Source: Octopus sinensis (lineage: Eukaryota). From it: DNA of 64,000 nucleotides. The notes beneath the pieces are model-generated. The model was not told the DNA's origin, did no database searches, and saw only the letters and a list, made by a program, of their open reading frames with translations. The translations under genes were made by a program, and so were the position numbers. Position 1 is the stretch's first letter; each line of letters opens with the position of its first letter. Below are positions 1 to 12,942 of this stretch, one piece after another. Where the stretch lies: NCBI RefSeq assembly GCF_006345805.1, contig NC_043014.1, forward strand, positions 15,438,001-15,502,000, written 5' to 3'.

Positions 1-590
1 GATGTTATCAATACTCTCAAGTTTGTCATTGCAGAGTCTACACTTTGTGTCTACTTCATTGAGTGTGACATTAACTTGATAGTCCCCGGTGAGGAGACTC
101 TGGTTTAGTGTTGCTAGGATGAATCCTTCTCTTTCAGCTTTCAAACCAACACTCTGCAGTCAATAAGGGGTTCTTCTTATATCTACATCAGATTCCCCAG
201 CTTGTTTAGGGTATTGCCCATACAATGGTTTTTCTTCAAGCTTTCCTGTTTGGCTTTTGATTTAAACTTTTTTTTGCTGCCTTAGTGGGTGATGTGCTCT
301 CCTTATCTTCATAATCCTTTAAGATTGAGTGCAGTTTCTTACTCTGTTCGTGTGTTGCCTTACCAGCTGTATTGTCCAGTCGGTGTTACTCTGGATGTAC
401 CCTTGAAGTCCTATCATGGTCGTTTTATAGGATGTTTCAAGCTGGATTGAGCATTTGCCGCCTTTCCTTTGTAGAAGATAGAGCCTGTAGACATCTGATT
501 TTGGGTGGTGCATCCTGTTTAGGATCGGCGGTTTCCCGGTCTTTTTGTCCATACGCTGGACATCACTCAGATTCCAGTTGATGGCAACTG
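1..590 (-). mobile_element. R4/Dong-clade (RLE) non-LTR retrotransposon ORF fragment, degenerate, cut by window edge
   Basis: Minus-strand translation gives RMHHPKSDVYRLYLLQRKGG (post-RT motif), KPLYGQY, LKAEREGFILA and KCRLCNDKLESIDNI (start of CCHC knuckle), with frameshifts and stops. Confidence 0.85.
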
Positions 591-965
591 GTCAATTGTA
601 TTAGCCCTAGTGCTCAACAGTGCTTATTTCATCGCCCTGAAAGGATGAAAAGCAAAGTCGACCTCGGAGGAATTTGGACTCAGAAGAAATGTCACTAAGC
701 ATTTTACCTGGTGTGCTAACAATTTTGCCAGCTTGCCCCCTTTAATAATAATAGTTTCAAATTTTGGCACAAGGCCAGCAATTTTGGGGCAGAGGTAAGT
801 CAATCATACTGATCCCAGTGTTCAACTGGTACTTATTTTATCGACCCCGAAAGTGTAAAATGCAATTCGATCCCGGCGGAATTTGAACTCAGAGCTTAAA
901 GAATCGGCAGAAATGTTGCTAAGCATTTTGTCCGGAATACTAATGATACTGTCAGTTTCTCAACT
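590..965 (-). mobile_element. Two partial SINE family B copies
   Basis: gaaaggatgaaaagcaaagtcgacctcgg/aatttgaactcaga core and tRNA-like head, present twice. Confidence 0.75.
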
Positions 966-1611
966 TAACAATAACAACAATAATATCTTTTAATTATTTT
1001 CTTCCTTTTTGTGATAGTCTATTTTTAGATCAGTTTTAAATTTCCTTTCGTGACAAATAACTTAGAAGAATTAAAGCGAAGAACATATTTCAGACATCAA
1101 GTAAAAGCATGCGTGTATAGCTTTAAAAAAAATTTACTGACACGCTTTCTAGTTACGTTGAGGACAAGCTCTGGATCGCTAACTTCTTATGAGTAATTGA
1201 TGAACTTATATACAAGACACACACAGATGGGGAGAAGAGACTGCGGCCCATTCTATCTGGTCACACGTAATGTGGCAATTTTATTAATGGGAGCACAATA
1301 CCTCGTCAGTAAGCATCCACCGGAGCACAAAGTGATTTCACAGACTCTTAGATAAAGTTAGTAAACAAGTTAATAGTTCAATGAAGATGAGTAATACCAG
1401 CTAGCTCAGCATATTTTTCATGGTCGCTTGTTCAAAATAATAATGATAACATTTGACATGTTTTTTATTTCCTTTCTTTATTTCTTTAATTATTTCTTCA
1501 TTTAAGCTCGTCATGATAAATTTTGCTAATCTTGATATTTAATTAAAGTTAGGTGGTGGTTTCGATTCCCAGACTTTTACTTTTTTACTCGTTTCAGCCG
1601 TGCGGTTGCGG

Positions 1612-1795
1612 TCAGGTGATAGAATCATTAGTACACCAGGCTTAGCGACATTTCGTCCATCTTAATGTTCTGAGTTCAAATGCCAACGAGGTTGACTTCG
1701 CCTTTCATCCTTTCAAGGTCAATAAAATAAGTACCAGTTGAACTCTGCGGTTGATATAATCGACTTATCCTCTCCTCATAAGAAACCAATAAAAA
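1612..1795 (+). mobile_element. SINE family B
   Basis: gttctgagttcaaat...gacttcgcctttcatcctttc...aagtaccagttg core. Confidence 0.75.
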
Positions 1796-1877
1796 AGAAG
1801 CTTACCAAGAACATGTGTTTCTTAGAATACATTTGGTTTTTGCTACATTAAAGTTATTTTATTAAATTAGCAAATAA

Positions 1878-1950
1878 GTCTCTGTAGCGCAAGAGATAGC
1901 GTGCTGGACTTCTCATCTAGAGGCCGTGAGTTTGAATTCCTCCAGTGGTG
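1878..1950 (+). pseudogene. tRNA-Arg(TCT)-like pseudogene or solitary SINE head
   Basis: 73 nt gtctctgtagcgcaa...ctggacttctcatctag...; anticodon stem ctgga/tctag with TCT; T-arm broken and TTC changed to TTT in B box. Confidence 0.7.
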
Positions 1951-1964
1951 ATCTACATACATTT

Positions 1965-2130
1965 AGGCGCAGGAGTGGCTGTGTGGTAAGTAGCTTACTT
2001 ACCAGCCACATGATTCTGGGTTCAGTCCCACTGCGTGGCACATTGGGCAAGTGTCTTCTACTATAGCCTCGGGCCGACCAAAGCCTTGTGAGTGGATTTC
2101 GTAGACAGAAACTGAAAGAAGCCTGTCATA

Positions 2131-2171
<41 letters not shown>

Positions 2172-2372
2172 TTGTGTGTCTGTGTTTGTCTCCCCAACAT
2201 CGCTTGACAACCGATCCTGGTGTGTTTACGTCCCCGTAACTTAGTGGTTCAGCAACAGAGCCCGATAGAATAAATATTAGGCTTACAAAGAATAAGCTAT
2301 GGGGTCGATATGCTCGACTAAAGGCGGTGCTCCAGCATGGCCGCAGTCAAGTAAATGAGTAAAAAAAAAAGA
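1965..2372 (+). mobile_element. SINE family A, full length
   Basis: Head aggcgcaggagtggctgtgtggtaag, box attgggcaagtgtcttctac, internal (TA)/(TG), tail ggtgctccagcatggccgcagtca. Confidence 0.9.
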
Positions 2373-2496
2373 ATATGTCTTCAAATACCTCTCGCACCTT
2401 GAGAATATACATACATGCACGCGCACACACACACACAAAATTTCCTAGTGCACTACATAGTGTTTGTGCATAATTTGAAATGCACAGCATGGTTTT

Positions 2497-3205
2497 AGGT
2501 GTAGCTGTGTGATAAGAAGCTTGCTTCCCAACCACATGGCTCGAGGTTCGGTCCCACGGCGTGACATATTGGGCGTCTTCTACTATAGCCTCTAGTCAAC
2601 AAGCCCTGTGACTAGATTTGGCAGACGGAAACTGAAAGAAGCCCATCATCATCGTTTAACGTCCGTTTTCCATGCCAGCATGGGTTGGACGGTTCGACCG
2701 GGGTCTGGGAAGCCAGAAGGCTGCACCAGGCTCCAGTCTGATCTGGCAGTGTTTCTACAGCTGGGTGCCCTTCCTAATGCCAACCTGTCCATGAGTGTAG
2801 TGGGTGCTTTTTACGTGCCACCAGCATAGGGGCCAGAGGGGGCTGGCAAACGGCCTCGATCGGTTGGTGCTTTTTACGTGTCACTGACACGGACGCCAGT
2901 CAGGCGGCACTGGCATCAGCCACGTTCGGATAGTGCTTTTTACGTGCCACCAGCACAATATTACTCCTTTACTTGTTTCAGTCATTTGACTGCAGCCATG
3001 CTAGACCATGTCTTTGTTTGTCCCACACCACTGTATGATAACCGGTGTTAGTGTGTTTACTTCCCAGTAACTTAGTGGTTCGGCAAAAGAGACTGAGAAT
3101 AAGTACAAGGCTTGAAAAATAAGTCCTTGGGGGTGATTTGGTCGACTAAAATTCTTCAAGGCAGTGCCCCAGCATGGCTACAATCTATTGACTGAAACTG
3201 GTAAA
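2497..3205 (+). mobile_element. SINE family A interrupted by a family C element and an antisense A tail
   Basis: A head 2497-2643, A body resumes ~3010; insertions sit where the internal microsatellite would be. Confidence 0.7.
2643..2955 (-). mobile_element. Family C (RTE-3'-related, (GAT)n-tailed) repeat
   Basis: catcatcatcgtttaacgtccgttttccatg...gcccttcctaatgccaac; repeated gtgctttttacgtg units. Confidence 0.8.
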
Positions 3206-3290
3206 CAATGTACGTACACTACAACTTTTTATCTTCCCATGGGTAAAACGTGGGATCGATGTCGTCAGTTTCTAGTATTCTTAGTCACCT

Positions 3291-3564
3291 CATCAGAGAA
3301 AGAATATCTATTTTACGTCCGTGGAGAGACGAGTTGCTTATAACTATTTACAGTGCATACAAACAAGAACTCCGGTACATCTTACATTTGAGATCATCTC
3401 CAGTTGCTATGCAGTGCAGCGTGAGTTAATTCGCATTGGCAGTGTATGCACTATTATGCTAATCAAACAGATAAGTTGAGCTGAGTCGTAGTTTGTAGAC
3501 ACTATATATAGCGATTAGAATGTAATCTCTCCGTGGACAGAAAATAGGTGTTCTTTTTCAGATG
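3291..3564. mobile_element. MITE-like element with ~40-bp imperfect terminal inverted repeats
   Basis: catcagagaaagaatatctattttacgtccgtggagag matches reverse complement of ctctccgtggacagaaaataggtgttctttttcagatg; no TSD seen. Confidence 0.5.
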
Positions 3565-3744
3565 TAAGTTCGGAAAGGTTACGAACAGGTCTCACTTTTC
3601 CTGCTTATGGAAAGTAAAAATGCGATGTATGATGTAACTACATCATTGCTTACTATTCACAACGGGGCTAAAACGGTATGCATATTAAAAAAGAAAGGTA
3701 TACCTTACATTCTAAATTATATATGAACGTGTGAGAGAATATGC

Positions 3745-3990
<246 letters not shown>

Positions 3991-4479
3991 CATATGAGGC
4001 ATTAACCCTCTGGGTGGTGTATTTAAGCAGCAGTTTATAAACATGTGCCATTTGAGTTTATGAAACTATATTCCTGTATCACCAAGCTGGAATGCCGAGA
4101 AGGTCCAGTTTCAGGAACCACGATATGTCATGGGGTTATTAAAACAACAACAACAACGACTACGACAACAACACGAAGAAAACATACCAAAACTAATGAT
4201 GTGTTCGCTTCTTGCTGTTGTTAATGCTTATAGATTTAAACTTAGAAATACAGGCTGAGCAGAAGAAATACTGGCAACACGAATTGTAGAAGATTATGTT
4301 ACTGTGCGCGTGTGAGGGAGAGGGGGGAGAGAAGGAGAGAAAGAGAAAGGAAGAGAAACTCCTATCATTTCACTTTTATACCCAGAGACATTAAGCAAAT
4401 TTCATTACAAGACAAAATAATTGTTTCCATTTATATAAATCATAAAGGTTTATTATCACACCACCATTAGCATTATTGC

Positions 4480-4930
4480 CACCGCAACCACCGCTGCCGC
4501 CACCACCACCACCACCAACAACAACAACCATCACCACTACCAAAATCGCCACCACCATCACCACCACCACCACCAACAACAACAACAACCATCGTCACCA
4601 CCATCACCACTACCAAAATCGCCACCACCATCACCACCAACAACAATAACCATCGCCACCACCACCACCACCAACAACAACAACAACCATCACCACTACC
4701 AAAATCGCCACCACCATCACCACCACCAACAACAACAACAACCATCGCCACCACCTCCACCAACAACAACCACCATCATACCACTACCACCACCACCAAC
4801 AACAACAACCATCACCACTACCAAAATCGCCACCACCACCATCGCCACTATCCGCACCGCCGCCGCCATCGCTACTCCACCCCCACAAACAACCACCATC
4901 ATACCACCACCACCACCACCACCACCACCA
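4480..4930. repeat. (CAC/CAA) trinucleotide array with higher-order unit
   Basis: ccactaccaaaatcgccaccacc recurs at ~4535, 4608, 4694 and 4815. Confidence 0.9.
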
Positions 4931-5049
4931 TTTGCCTTTCCTGTGTATCACATGAATTACACAGGACACATTTCCCTGACGTCCATGTACCATATCTAAT
5001 ACACATCTGCGATTATTTTCAACCACTGAACTAACTTGGGATTTATGGA

Positions 5050-5385
5050 AAGAAAGCGTTAAACCAGCACTGTCGGATCCAACGACGAGGGTTGCGGCTA
5101 ATCCTATCAACGGAACAGCCTGCTCGTGAAATTAACGTGCAAGTGGCTGAGTACTCCACAGACACGCGTACCCTTAACGTAGTTCTCTGGAAGATTCTGC
5201 GTGACACAGAACGTGACAAGGCTGGTCCGTTTGCAATACAGGCACGACTCATTTTTGCCAGCTGAGTGGGCCAGAGCAACGTGGAATAAAATTTCTTGTT
5301 GAAGGTCACAACGCGCTAACAGGAATCGAACTTACGACCTTAAGATCGTGAGCCAAAAGCCCCTAACCACTAAGCTACCAATGGA
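5050..5385 (-). mobile_element. tRNA-derived SINE family E
   Basis: cgtacccttaacgtagttctc...ctaaccactaagc; sibling at 37603-37815. Confidence 0.75.
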
Positions 5386-5766
5386 ATGCTTTCTATTACT
5401 TAGAACATACAAAACAACAGCTAACTGAAAAGGCTGAAAACAAGCTTGGACGTTCAGGATAAACGTATGAAAATGCTTTCGACAGGCAGATAAAATAAGG
5501 GAAGCAATGAGACATTCCAGTTTAAAAAGACGAGATGGTCACGGTTGGAACACCTTTGATTCAAATGAGTAAAACTGTTTACTATAGCTTGTTAAATTTA
5601 CTTACTATTTAGCAAATACTAAAACAAGCTGACTTTGCAAAAATGTAGTTTCGGGTTCAGTCCTACAGCACGGCACGTTAGGTAAGTGTCGTCGACTAAA
5701 ACTACCGGACGATCAATGACTCGTGAGAAAATTTGGTCGACAGAAACCATGCGGAAATTTGTCTTA

Positions 5767-5800
<34 letters not shown>

Positions 5801-6004
5801 GTGAATGCGCATGGCTCATCTTTTACCGAACCACTAAGTTACGGGGGAGATAAACATACCAACACCGGTTATTAAATGGCGATATGGGGGACAAACACGA
5901 AGTCAAAGACACACACGCATATACAGATGATGATGGTGATGATGGTGGTATTGATAATGTTGAAACAGATTAGAAAATTTTGTGACATCAGCATTTATAT
6001 AAGA

Positions 6005-6297
6005 CAGATCGTGAGGTTGTGAGCTCGAATCCCGGACCGGGCTGCGTGATGTCTTCTTGAGCAAGACACTTTATTTCACGTTGCTCCAGTTCACTCAGCT
6101 GTAGAAATGAGTTGCAACATCACAGGTGCCAAGCTGTATCAGCCCCTTTGCCTTTCCCTTGGATAACATTGGTGGCGTGGAAAGGGGAGGCCGGTATGCA
6201 TGGGCAACTGCTGGTCTTCCATAAACAACCTTGCCCGGACTTATGCCTCGGATGGTAACTTTCTATGTACAATCCCATGGTCAGTGTCGTCTCAGAT
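6005..6297 (+). mobile_element. tRNA-derived SINE family D
   Basis: ttgagcaagacactttatttcacgttgctccagttcactcagctg...aaccttgcccggac...caatcccatggtc. Confidence 0.8.
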
Positions 6298-6408
6298 CTA
6301 TCTATCTATCTATCTATCTATCTGTCTACGTACGTACGTACCTACCTACCTATCTAATCTATCTATCTATCCAAGCATATCTATCTATTCAAGCATATCC
6401 ATCCATCC

Positions 6409-6443
<35 letters not shown>

Positions 6444-6444
6444 C

Positions 6445-6477
<33 letters not shown>

Positions 6478-6478
6478 C

Positions 6479-6529
<51 letters not shown>

Positions 6530-6551
6530 CCTATCTATCTATCTATCTATC

Positions 6552-6587
<36 letters not shown>

Positions 6588-6588
6588 C

Positions 6589-6634
<46 letters not shown>

Positions 6635-6635
6635 C

Positions 6636-6692
<57 letters not shown>

Positions 6693-6696
6693 CCTC

Positions 6697-6745
<49 letters not shown>

Positions 6746-6767
6746 CCTATCTATCTATCTATCCCTA

Positions 6768-6820
<53 letters not shown>
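6297..6820. repeat. (TATC)n microsatellite, ~520 bp
   Basis: Direct inspection; source of the IYLS ORFs. Confidence 0.97.
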
Positions 6821-7344
6821 GCCTGACTGATTGTTTGTCTATGCGTGGTGTGTGCGTGCATATGTCTGTCTTTGTGTCTAGTGGATCAAAGCTGACTTGG
6901 GCTTAAAAAAAAACTACTACTACTAACACTACTGCTACTGCTGAGTAGTAGTAGTAGTATTGTTTTTGCCCCTTTTTATCACTCAGTGTCAACGAGTGAG
7001 CAACGGATATAATCAACCAGCCTGCTAGAAACAACAACTAAATCGCCTTCAATTCATACCCAACCCGAAAGACAGACCAAGTAACGGACATATTTTCGAT
7101 TAAGTGTACCAAGGAAAAACTAAAGGAATGGTCGCGGCTGGAATGACAGGTCATCAGTTTGGTCGGTTACGGCTGATCTAGTGCTAAAACAAGACGTATT
7201 TCATTTCTGTCTGTGTTGGTAAATTCTACTTCTCACATTACGAAGTTTCAAAGATTTGTTTATTTATTAAACATTCTATAAACATCGTAAGATGACTTCA
7301 AAAACGAACGTAAATCCGTACTTTTTCTCAAATTTCATTCTACA

Positions 7345-7981
7345 ATATTTTCGCGTATATGTATGTATGTATGTATGTATGTCTGTATGTATGTATGTAT
7401 GTATGTATGTATGTATGTGTGTGTGTGTGTATGTATGTATGTGTGTATGTATTCGTGTGTATGTGTGCGTCTGTATGTATGCGTGTGTATGTGTGTGTAT
7501 GTATGTATGTATGTGTGTATGTCTGTCTGTGTGTGTATGTATGTATGTATGATGTATGTATGTATGTATGGTGTGTGTATGTATGTATGTATGTATGTAT
7601 GTATGTATGTATGTGTGTGTGTATGTATTCGCGTGTATGTGTGCGTCTGTATGTATGTATGTATGCGTGTGTATGTGTGTATATGTATATATGTATGTGT
7701 GTATGTCTGTCTGCATGTATGTGTGTGTATGTATGTATGCGTGTGTGTATGTAGTATGCGTGTATGTTGTATATATATATTATGCAATGTATGTATGTGT
7801 GTGCATGTATGTACATACATATGTATGTAATTTAAGTATGTAGGCATGTATATCATATATATTATATATCTTATGCATACATAATAAACACATATGTACA
7901 TAACACACACACATATATATAGCATATATAGTATATATATATAGCATATATATCTTATTTTGGTATTGTATAGTATGTGTA

Positions 7982-8017
<36 letters not shown>

Positions 8018-8080
8018 CTTTTATACATACCTACATACATACATATAATAACATATATACATACACACACATATATATAT
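7345..8080. repeat. (TATG)/(TG)/(TA) compound microsatellite
   Basis: Direct inspection. Confidence 0.95.
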
Positions 8081-8109
8081 AGTTGGAATTTTTCCAAAAA
8101 AAAAAACAA

Positions 8110-8282
8110 AACAAAACAAAACACGAAGACGGGTGTGTAAACAACAAACAGATGTATTAATTTAACGCTCGGGAAGTGAGTCAGTCTTTTACGTTTCGAG
8201 CCGACGCTCTTCGACAGAAAGGAAAAACGAGAAATAAACAGGGAGAGAAAATGAAAAAAAAAAGGTTTAGTGGCTAGCAATC
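8110..8282 (-). mobile_element. Short Penelope-like-derived repeat with hammerhead-like fold
   Basis: Related to 13046-13240 and 29150-29265 through gtcttttacgtttcgagcc.acgctcttcgaca; each copy lies next to a microsatellite. Confidence 0.55.
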
Positions 8283-8384
8283 AATCAGTATGCACATTAT
8301 ATTGTATGCCGAAGTCAACTTTGCCTTTCATCCTTTCGGGGTCGATAATAAAGAACCAGTTTCGCACTGGGGCGATATAATCGA

Positions 8385-8484
8385 NNNNNNNNNNNNNNNN
8401 NNNNNNNNNNNNNNNNNNNNNNNNNNNNNNNNNNNNNNNNNNNNNNNNNNNNNNNNNNNNNNNNNNNNNNNNNNNNNNNNNNNN
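8385..8484. other. Assembly gap (100 N)
   Basis: Run of N inside a SINE B copy. Confidence 1.
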
Positions 8485-8964
8485 AACATTCTGCCAGTTT
8501 GCCATCACTCACTGAACTGTGGCCATGCTGGGGCACCAACTTGAAGGGGATTACTCAAACAAATCGATCCCTCCACTCCAATACTTATTTTTAAAGTTCT
8601 GTACTTATTCTAACAGTCTCTTTTGCTGAACCGCTAAGTTACAGCATGGAAGCTGATCATGTGCGTGCGTGTGTGTGTATGAGACTTTATGTTTGTGTTT
8701 GTCTCCCACTACCACTTGATAATAGGTGATGGTTTGTTTCTGTTCCCATAACTTAGCAGTTGCCCCAGCATGATCACAGTCCAATGACTGAAACAAATAC
8801 AAAGTAAAAGATATACTGATATATTGAAACTGGTGACATCATTTTAATTGATACAACAACGCTTCAGCTATTCTACCCTTTAGACATCTTCAGGTTCTTG
8901 TCATATTTGGTAACATTCTTAGAATTTCAAACCAAACCCTTTATTACATCCACAACAGTAACAT

Positions 8965-9622
8965 AAAAGACCCCCTTTGGTCATAAATGGTCATGGGATT
9001 GCACCTAGAAAGTTTCCCTCTGAGGCACAAGTCCGGGCAAGGTTGATTATGGAAGACCACCAGCCGCCCATGCATACAAGTCTCCCTTCTCCACACCATT
9101 ATATGTATATAGGGTAAAGAGTAAAGACCCCCTTTGGTCATGAACGACCAGGGGATTGCACAAAGAAATTTCCTCTCTGAGGTACAAGTCCAGGCAAGGT
9201 TGATTATGGCAGACCATCAGTCGCCCATGCATACCAGGTCCTCCTCTCCATGCCATTATATGTACATAAGGAAAAGGAGTAAAGACATCCTATGGTCATG
9301 AATGACCATGGGATTGCACCAAAAAAGTTCCCCTCTGAGGCACAAGTCCAGGCAAGGTTGATTATGGAAGACCAGTAGTCGCCCAGGCATACCAGCCTCC
9401 TCTCTCCACACCACAGTGTTATCCAAGGGAAAGGCAAAGGCTGATACAGCTTGGCACCAGTGATGTTGCAACTCATTTCCACAGTTGAGTAAACTGGAGC
9501 AACTTGAAGTAAAGTGTCCTGTTTAAAGACACAACACACAGCCAGGTCCGGGGACTGAACTCACTACCTCATGATTGTGAGCTCAATGCTCCAACCAGTG
9601 AGCCATGGGCCTTCACTATATT
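8965..9622 (-). mobile_element. SINE family D with its 3' ~158 bp reiterated three times
   Basis: aaaga-anchored units at ~8966, 9123 and 9281; tRNA-like head near 9620. Confidence 0.8.
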
Positions 9623-10015
9623 CACAACAGTATATTGAGCTTAATTCCATTGTCCTATATCAGAGATACCCTTCTTCTTGGAATCTTGCCTGAATCAGAG
9701 TACCATATTAGCTGTTGTGTAAGACGTACTTAAAATTTGTAATGTATCAATAAATTGTCTTGTGCCTAATATGGCTGTATTGCAGATGGGAGACTGAGTG
9801 TTGTAGGAGAGGGTGCAGGATAACATAAGTCCCCTAGGCACAATAATTGTTACGAATAATAATAAAATACTGAAAACAAGCTACAATATCACAGTCTGTT
9901 CATGAAACCTTATGTAAAATTGCTTATACTCTATGTTGGCAGTTATGGGGAGAGGTCATATCATCTCCTTATTCCTTCTTCTCCAACATACATAAGCCAC
10001 ATATGATACATGGCT

Positions 10016-10402
10016 TACTCTTTTACCTGTTTCAGTCATTTGACTGCAGCCATGCTGGAGCACCGCCTTTAGTCGAGCAAATCGACCCCAGGACTTACTC
10101 TTTGTAAGCCTAGTACTTATTCTATCGGTTGCTTTTGCCGAACCGCTAAGTTATGGGGATGTAAACACACCAGCATTGGTTGTCAAGCGATGTTGGGGGA
10201 CAAACACAGATACACACACATATATATATATACACATATACAATGGGCTTCTTTCAATTTCTGTCTACCAAATCCACTCACAAGGCTTTGGTCAGCCCGA
10301 GGCTATAGTAGAAGACACTTGCCCAAGGTGCCACGCAGTGGGACTGAACCCGGAACCATGTGGCTGTTAAGCAAGCTACTTACCACACAGCTACTCCTGC
10401 TT
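10016..10402 (-). mobile_element. SINE family A, full length
   Basis: Reverse complement of the 1965-2372 consensus. Confidence 0.9.
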
Positions 10403-11249
10403 ACATTATTTAATGCTTGCATTATCTTTAAGAAACATTTTTTCTTGATTATTCAAAGGAAAATTCTACTAGAAAAATGAAAGGAATGTTAAATGTCCAT
10501 CTGCCTAGTAGCTATTAGCAATAAGTAGATGACAACAAAACCACAGCCATAGCAAATCACCCTGATGTCCAATCGCAGTACAACGAAACAACATCACAGC
10601 CAAAATTACAAGTTTTACATCCTGTATGGCAAATCTTTTGACCAAGATATAAACAGCTATAAAACTGATCAGAAAGGAAATGAAACAGAAATATGATCCT
10701 CGTATAATGTAGTTTATAAATAATGAATTTAATGTTTCATACTTTCTTCCATTATACTGTTACAGAATTGTATTTACTTGTACAGATTCATAGAATTCCC
10801 AGACAAATCCACTTTGAAATATCTTTCAGTAAGTAAATGATGAAACATACTAAATTTGTTTTGATACAAAATATTCTTGTAGAAGAGGAGTGCATCATAT
10901 ACACCAGCATACTAAACTTGCTTTTTACACAAAAATCCTTGAGAAACAGGAGTAAGTTATATGCAAGGGTGTCTCTTATACACCAGCAAATATGATACAT
11001 ATTGTTTGACTGACTTAATCAAATGACAGGTGCCCAAAGAAGACAGTGGGGTACTTTGGCCAAAACATAGAGACAGAGGATACCAGTTTGACTATGTCAG
11101 TTGGTATAATAAAGCAATTATAAAGTTGGCCCATTTTCATTATTGCTGGGTGTGTTACATTAATAATACACAATGAAGTCCAGGTGAACCATCAATGGTC
11201 CATATCAAATTTTTTTTAAGGCTCTACCTCTTTCACAGGTTCCCTCCCT

Positions 11250-11695
11250 AACTGTGGAGAGAACCTGTGAAAGAGGTAGACCCAGGAAGACATGGGATGA
11301 GGTGGTGAAGCATGATCTTCAAAGTTTGAGCCTCACAGAGGCAATGACAAGTGACTGAGACCTTTGGTGATCTACCATGGTGACATACCATGCCAAGTGA
11401 AATCAAAGTCGTAGCCATTGCTGGTGTCATATAAACAGCATCTGTGAAATCATAATTGTGGTCATTTCCATGTACCATGATCTTCAAATGTTGGGCCTCA
11501 TGGAGGTAATGAGACCATGGCAATATGCTGCGCTTGAGAAGACTCATCAAGCCAAGTGAAACTGCAGGGGTTGTCAGTGTCATGTAAATGGCACCTGTGC
11601 CCATTACCCTTTTGGAGTGGTTGGCATTAGGAAGGGCATCCAGCCATAGAAACCAAGTCATCAGACTGGAGTCTGGTACAGCACCCCAGTACCAG
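11250..11695 (+). mobile_element. RTE-clade LINE 3' end (ORF end duplicated) plus family C-type tail
   Basis: Translates to LTVERTCERGRPRKTWDEVVKHDLQSLSLTEAM; second partial copy ~11480; ttggcattaggaagggcatccagcc. Confidence 0.75.
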
Positions 11696-11764
11696 GTTTA
11701 AAATATCTGGATTCAAGTAATCCAGTATTATATATATATATATATTATATATATATATATATAT

Positions 11765-11807
<43 letters not shown>

Positions 11808-11813
11808 CATATA

Positions 11814-11855
<42 letters not shown>

Positions 11856-11884
11856 TATATATATATATATATATATATACATAT

Positions 11885-12135
11885 GAGGGTACATGACCTA
11901 GTGGTTAGGCTGTTGTACTCATGATTCTGAGATTGCAGTTTCAATTCCTGGCTTGGGGGTAAGTTGTATTTTTGAACAAAAACACGCCATCTCACATTGC
12001 TCTACAATCATTTAGACACCTGATGTGTTTTACACCATGCACCTGTTCAGGTAACATTGATCTGATAAAGGAACACACCTATGATCACTAAAAGCAAATC
12101 ATTTGTGCAGATCGTTCAGTAAGAAATTACAGAAT
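11885..12135 (+). mobile_element. SINE family E-like, degenerate
   Basis: catgacctagtggttagg head; related in reverse to 13320-13620. Confidence 0.55.
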
Positions 12136-12487
12136 TGTCTTTTTTACATTGTGGGGGACTACCATCCATTCACACACACACACACACAAAAATCCAAATT
12201 TAGGGAATGGAGTAGGTTAACCCCAGGCTACATATGTTTCCAAGCTAGCAAGAGCCTTGGAAGTCGTAATTACACAATTCTTATTCGCATGCGCAGCAAC
12301 CTAACCAAGAACTATAAAGTAACATTTTTCAGCTTATCAAACTTCGATATGGGAAAATTTTACAACCTTCTATGGACTGTGCGAAGCTTACTAACTTTCT
12401 ACACTTTGATCCTTGGATCTTACCTTTACATATATGTGTATACATATGTGTACACACACACACATTTTTATTACTATTTAGCAAAAA

Positions 12488-12573
12488 CAACAGAGTGATG
12501 CAAGATCCAAGTCTATCATGCATTTTGATAAGTCCCAATGCATGAAGCTCTCGGACTTTGAGTCACTCTGTTG
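12488..12573. mobile_element. Small hairpin MITE-like element
   Basis: caacagagtga/tcactctgttg outer arms and tcatgcatt/aatgcatga inner arms; arm-like copy at ~61725-61760. Confidence 0.45.
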
Positions 12574-12764
12574 CTTCTGCTAAATATTGATAAAAAATAT
12601 AGATATACTCATATTTTGGGTTCTATTTTTCCTGTTTGCACCAACATACTTATGTGTAGGCTTGAAACATAAAAGACATTTCCATTCTACCTGACTGTTA
12701 AACTAATACACATGCTTGTTATTTCTACACCTGCTTCATCTTTTGTTTTCTGTAAATTTGAACT

Positions 12765-12883
12765 ATATATATATATAAATAAAAGAAAGTAAAAGAATAT
12801 ATATATATATAAAAGAAAGTAAAAGAATATATAAATATATATATATATATACATATATACATATATATAAAAGAAGTAAAAGA

Positions 12884-12942
<59 letters not shown>

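Noticed and set aside
1878-1950. Functional tRNA-Arg gene
   Set aside because: T-arm pairing and the B box are broken, so it is kept only as a pseudogene.
3255-3297. CTGATGA...GAAAC on the minus strand
   Set aside because: Helix II pairs poorly and there is no UH site or palindromic helix III after GAAAC.
6200-7925. Long ORFs of 130-208 aa (IYLS, HTYI, VCMY repeats)
   Set aside because: They are translations of stop-free microsatellites; the same applies to most ORFs in the track.
8965-9320. Regularly spaced repeats suggesting a CRISPR-like array
   Set aside because: Whole units are homologous SINE 3' ends with no unique spacers, and the context is eukaryotic.
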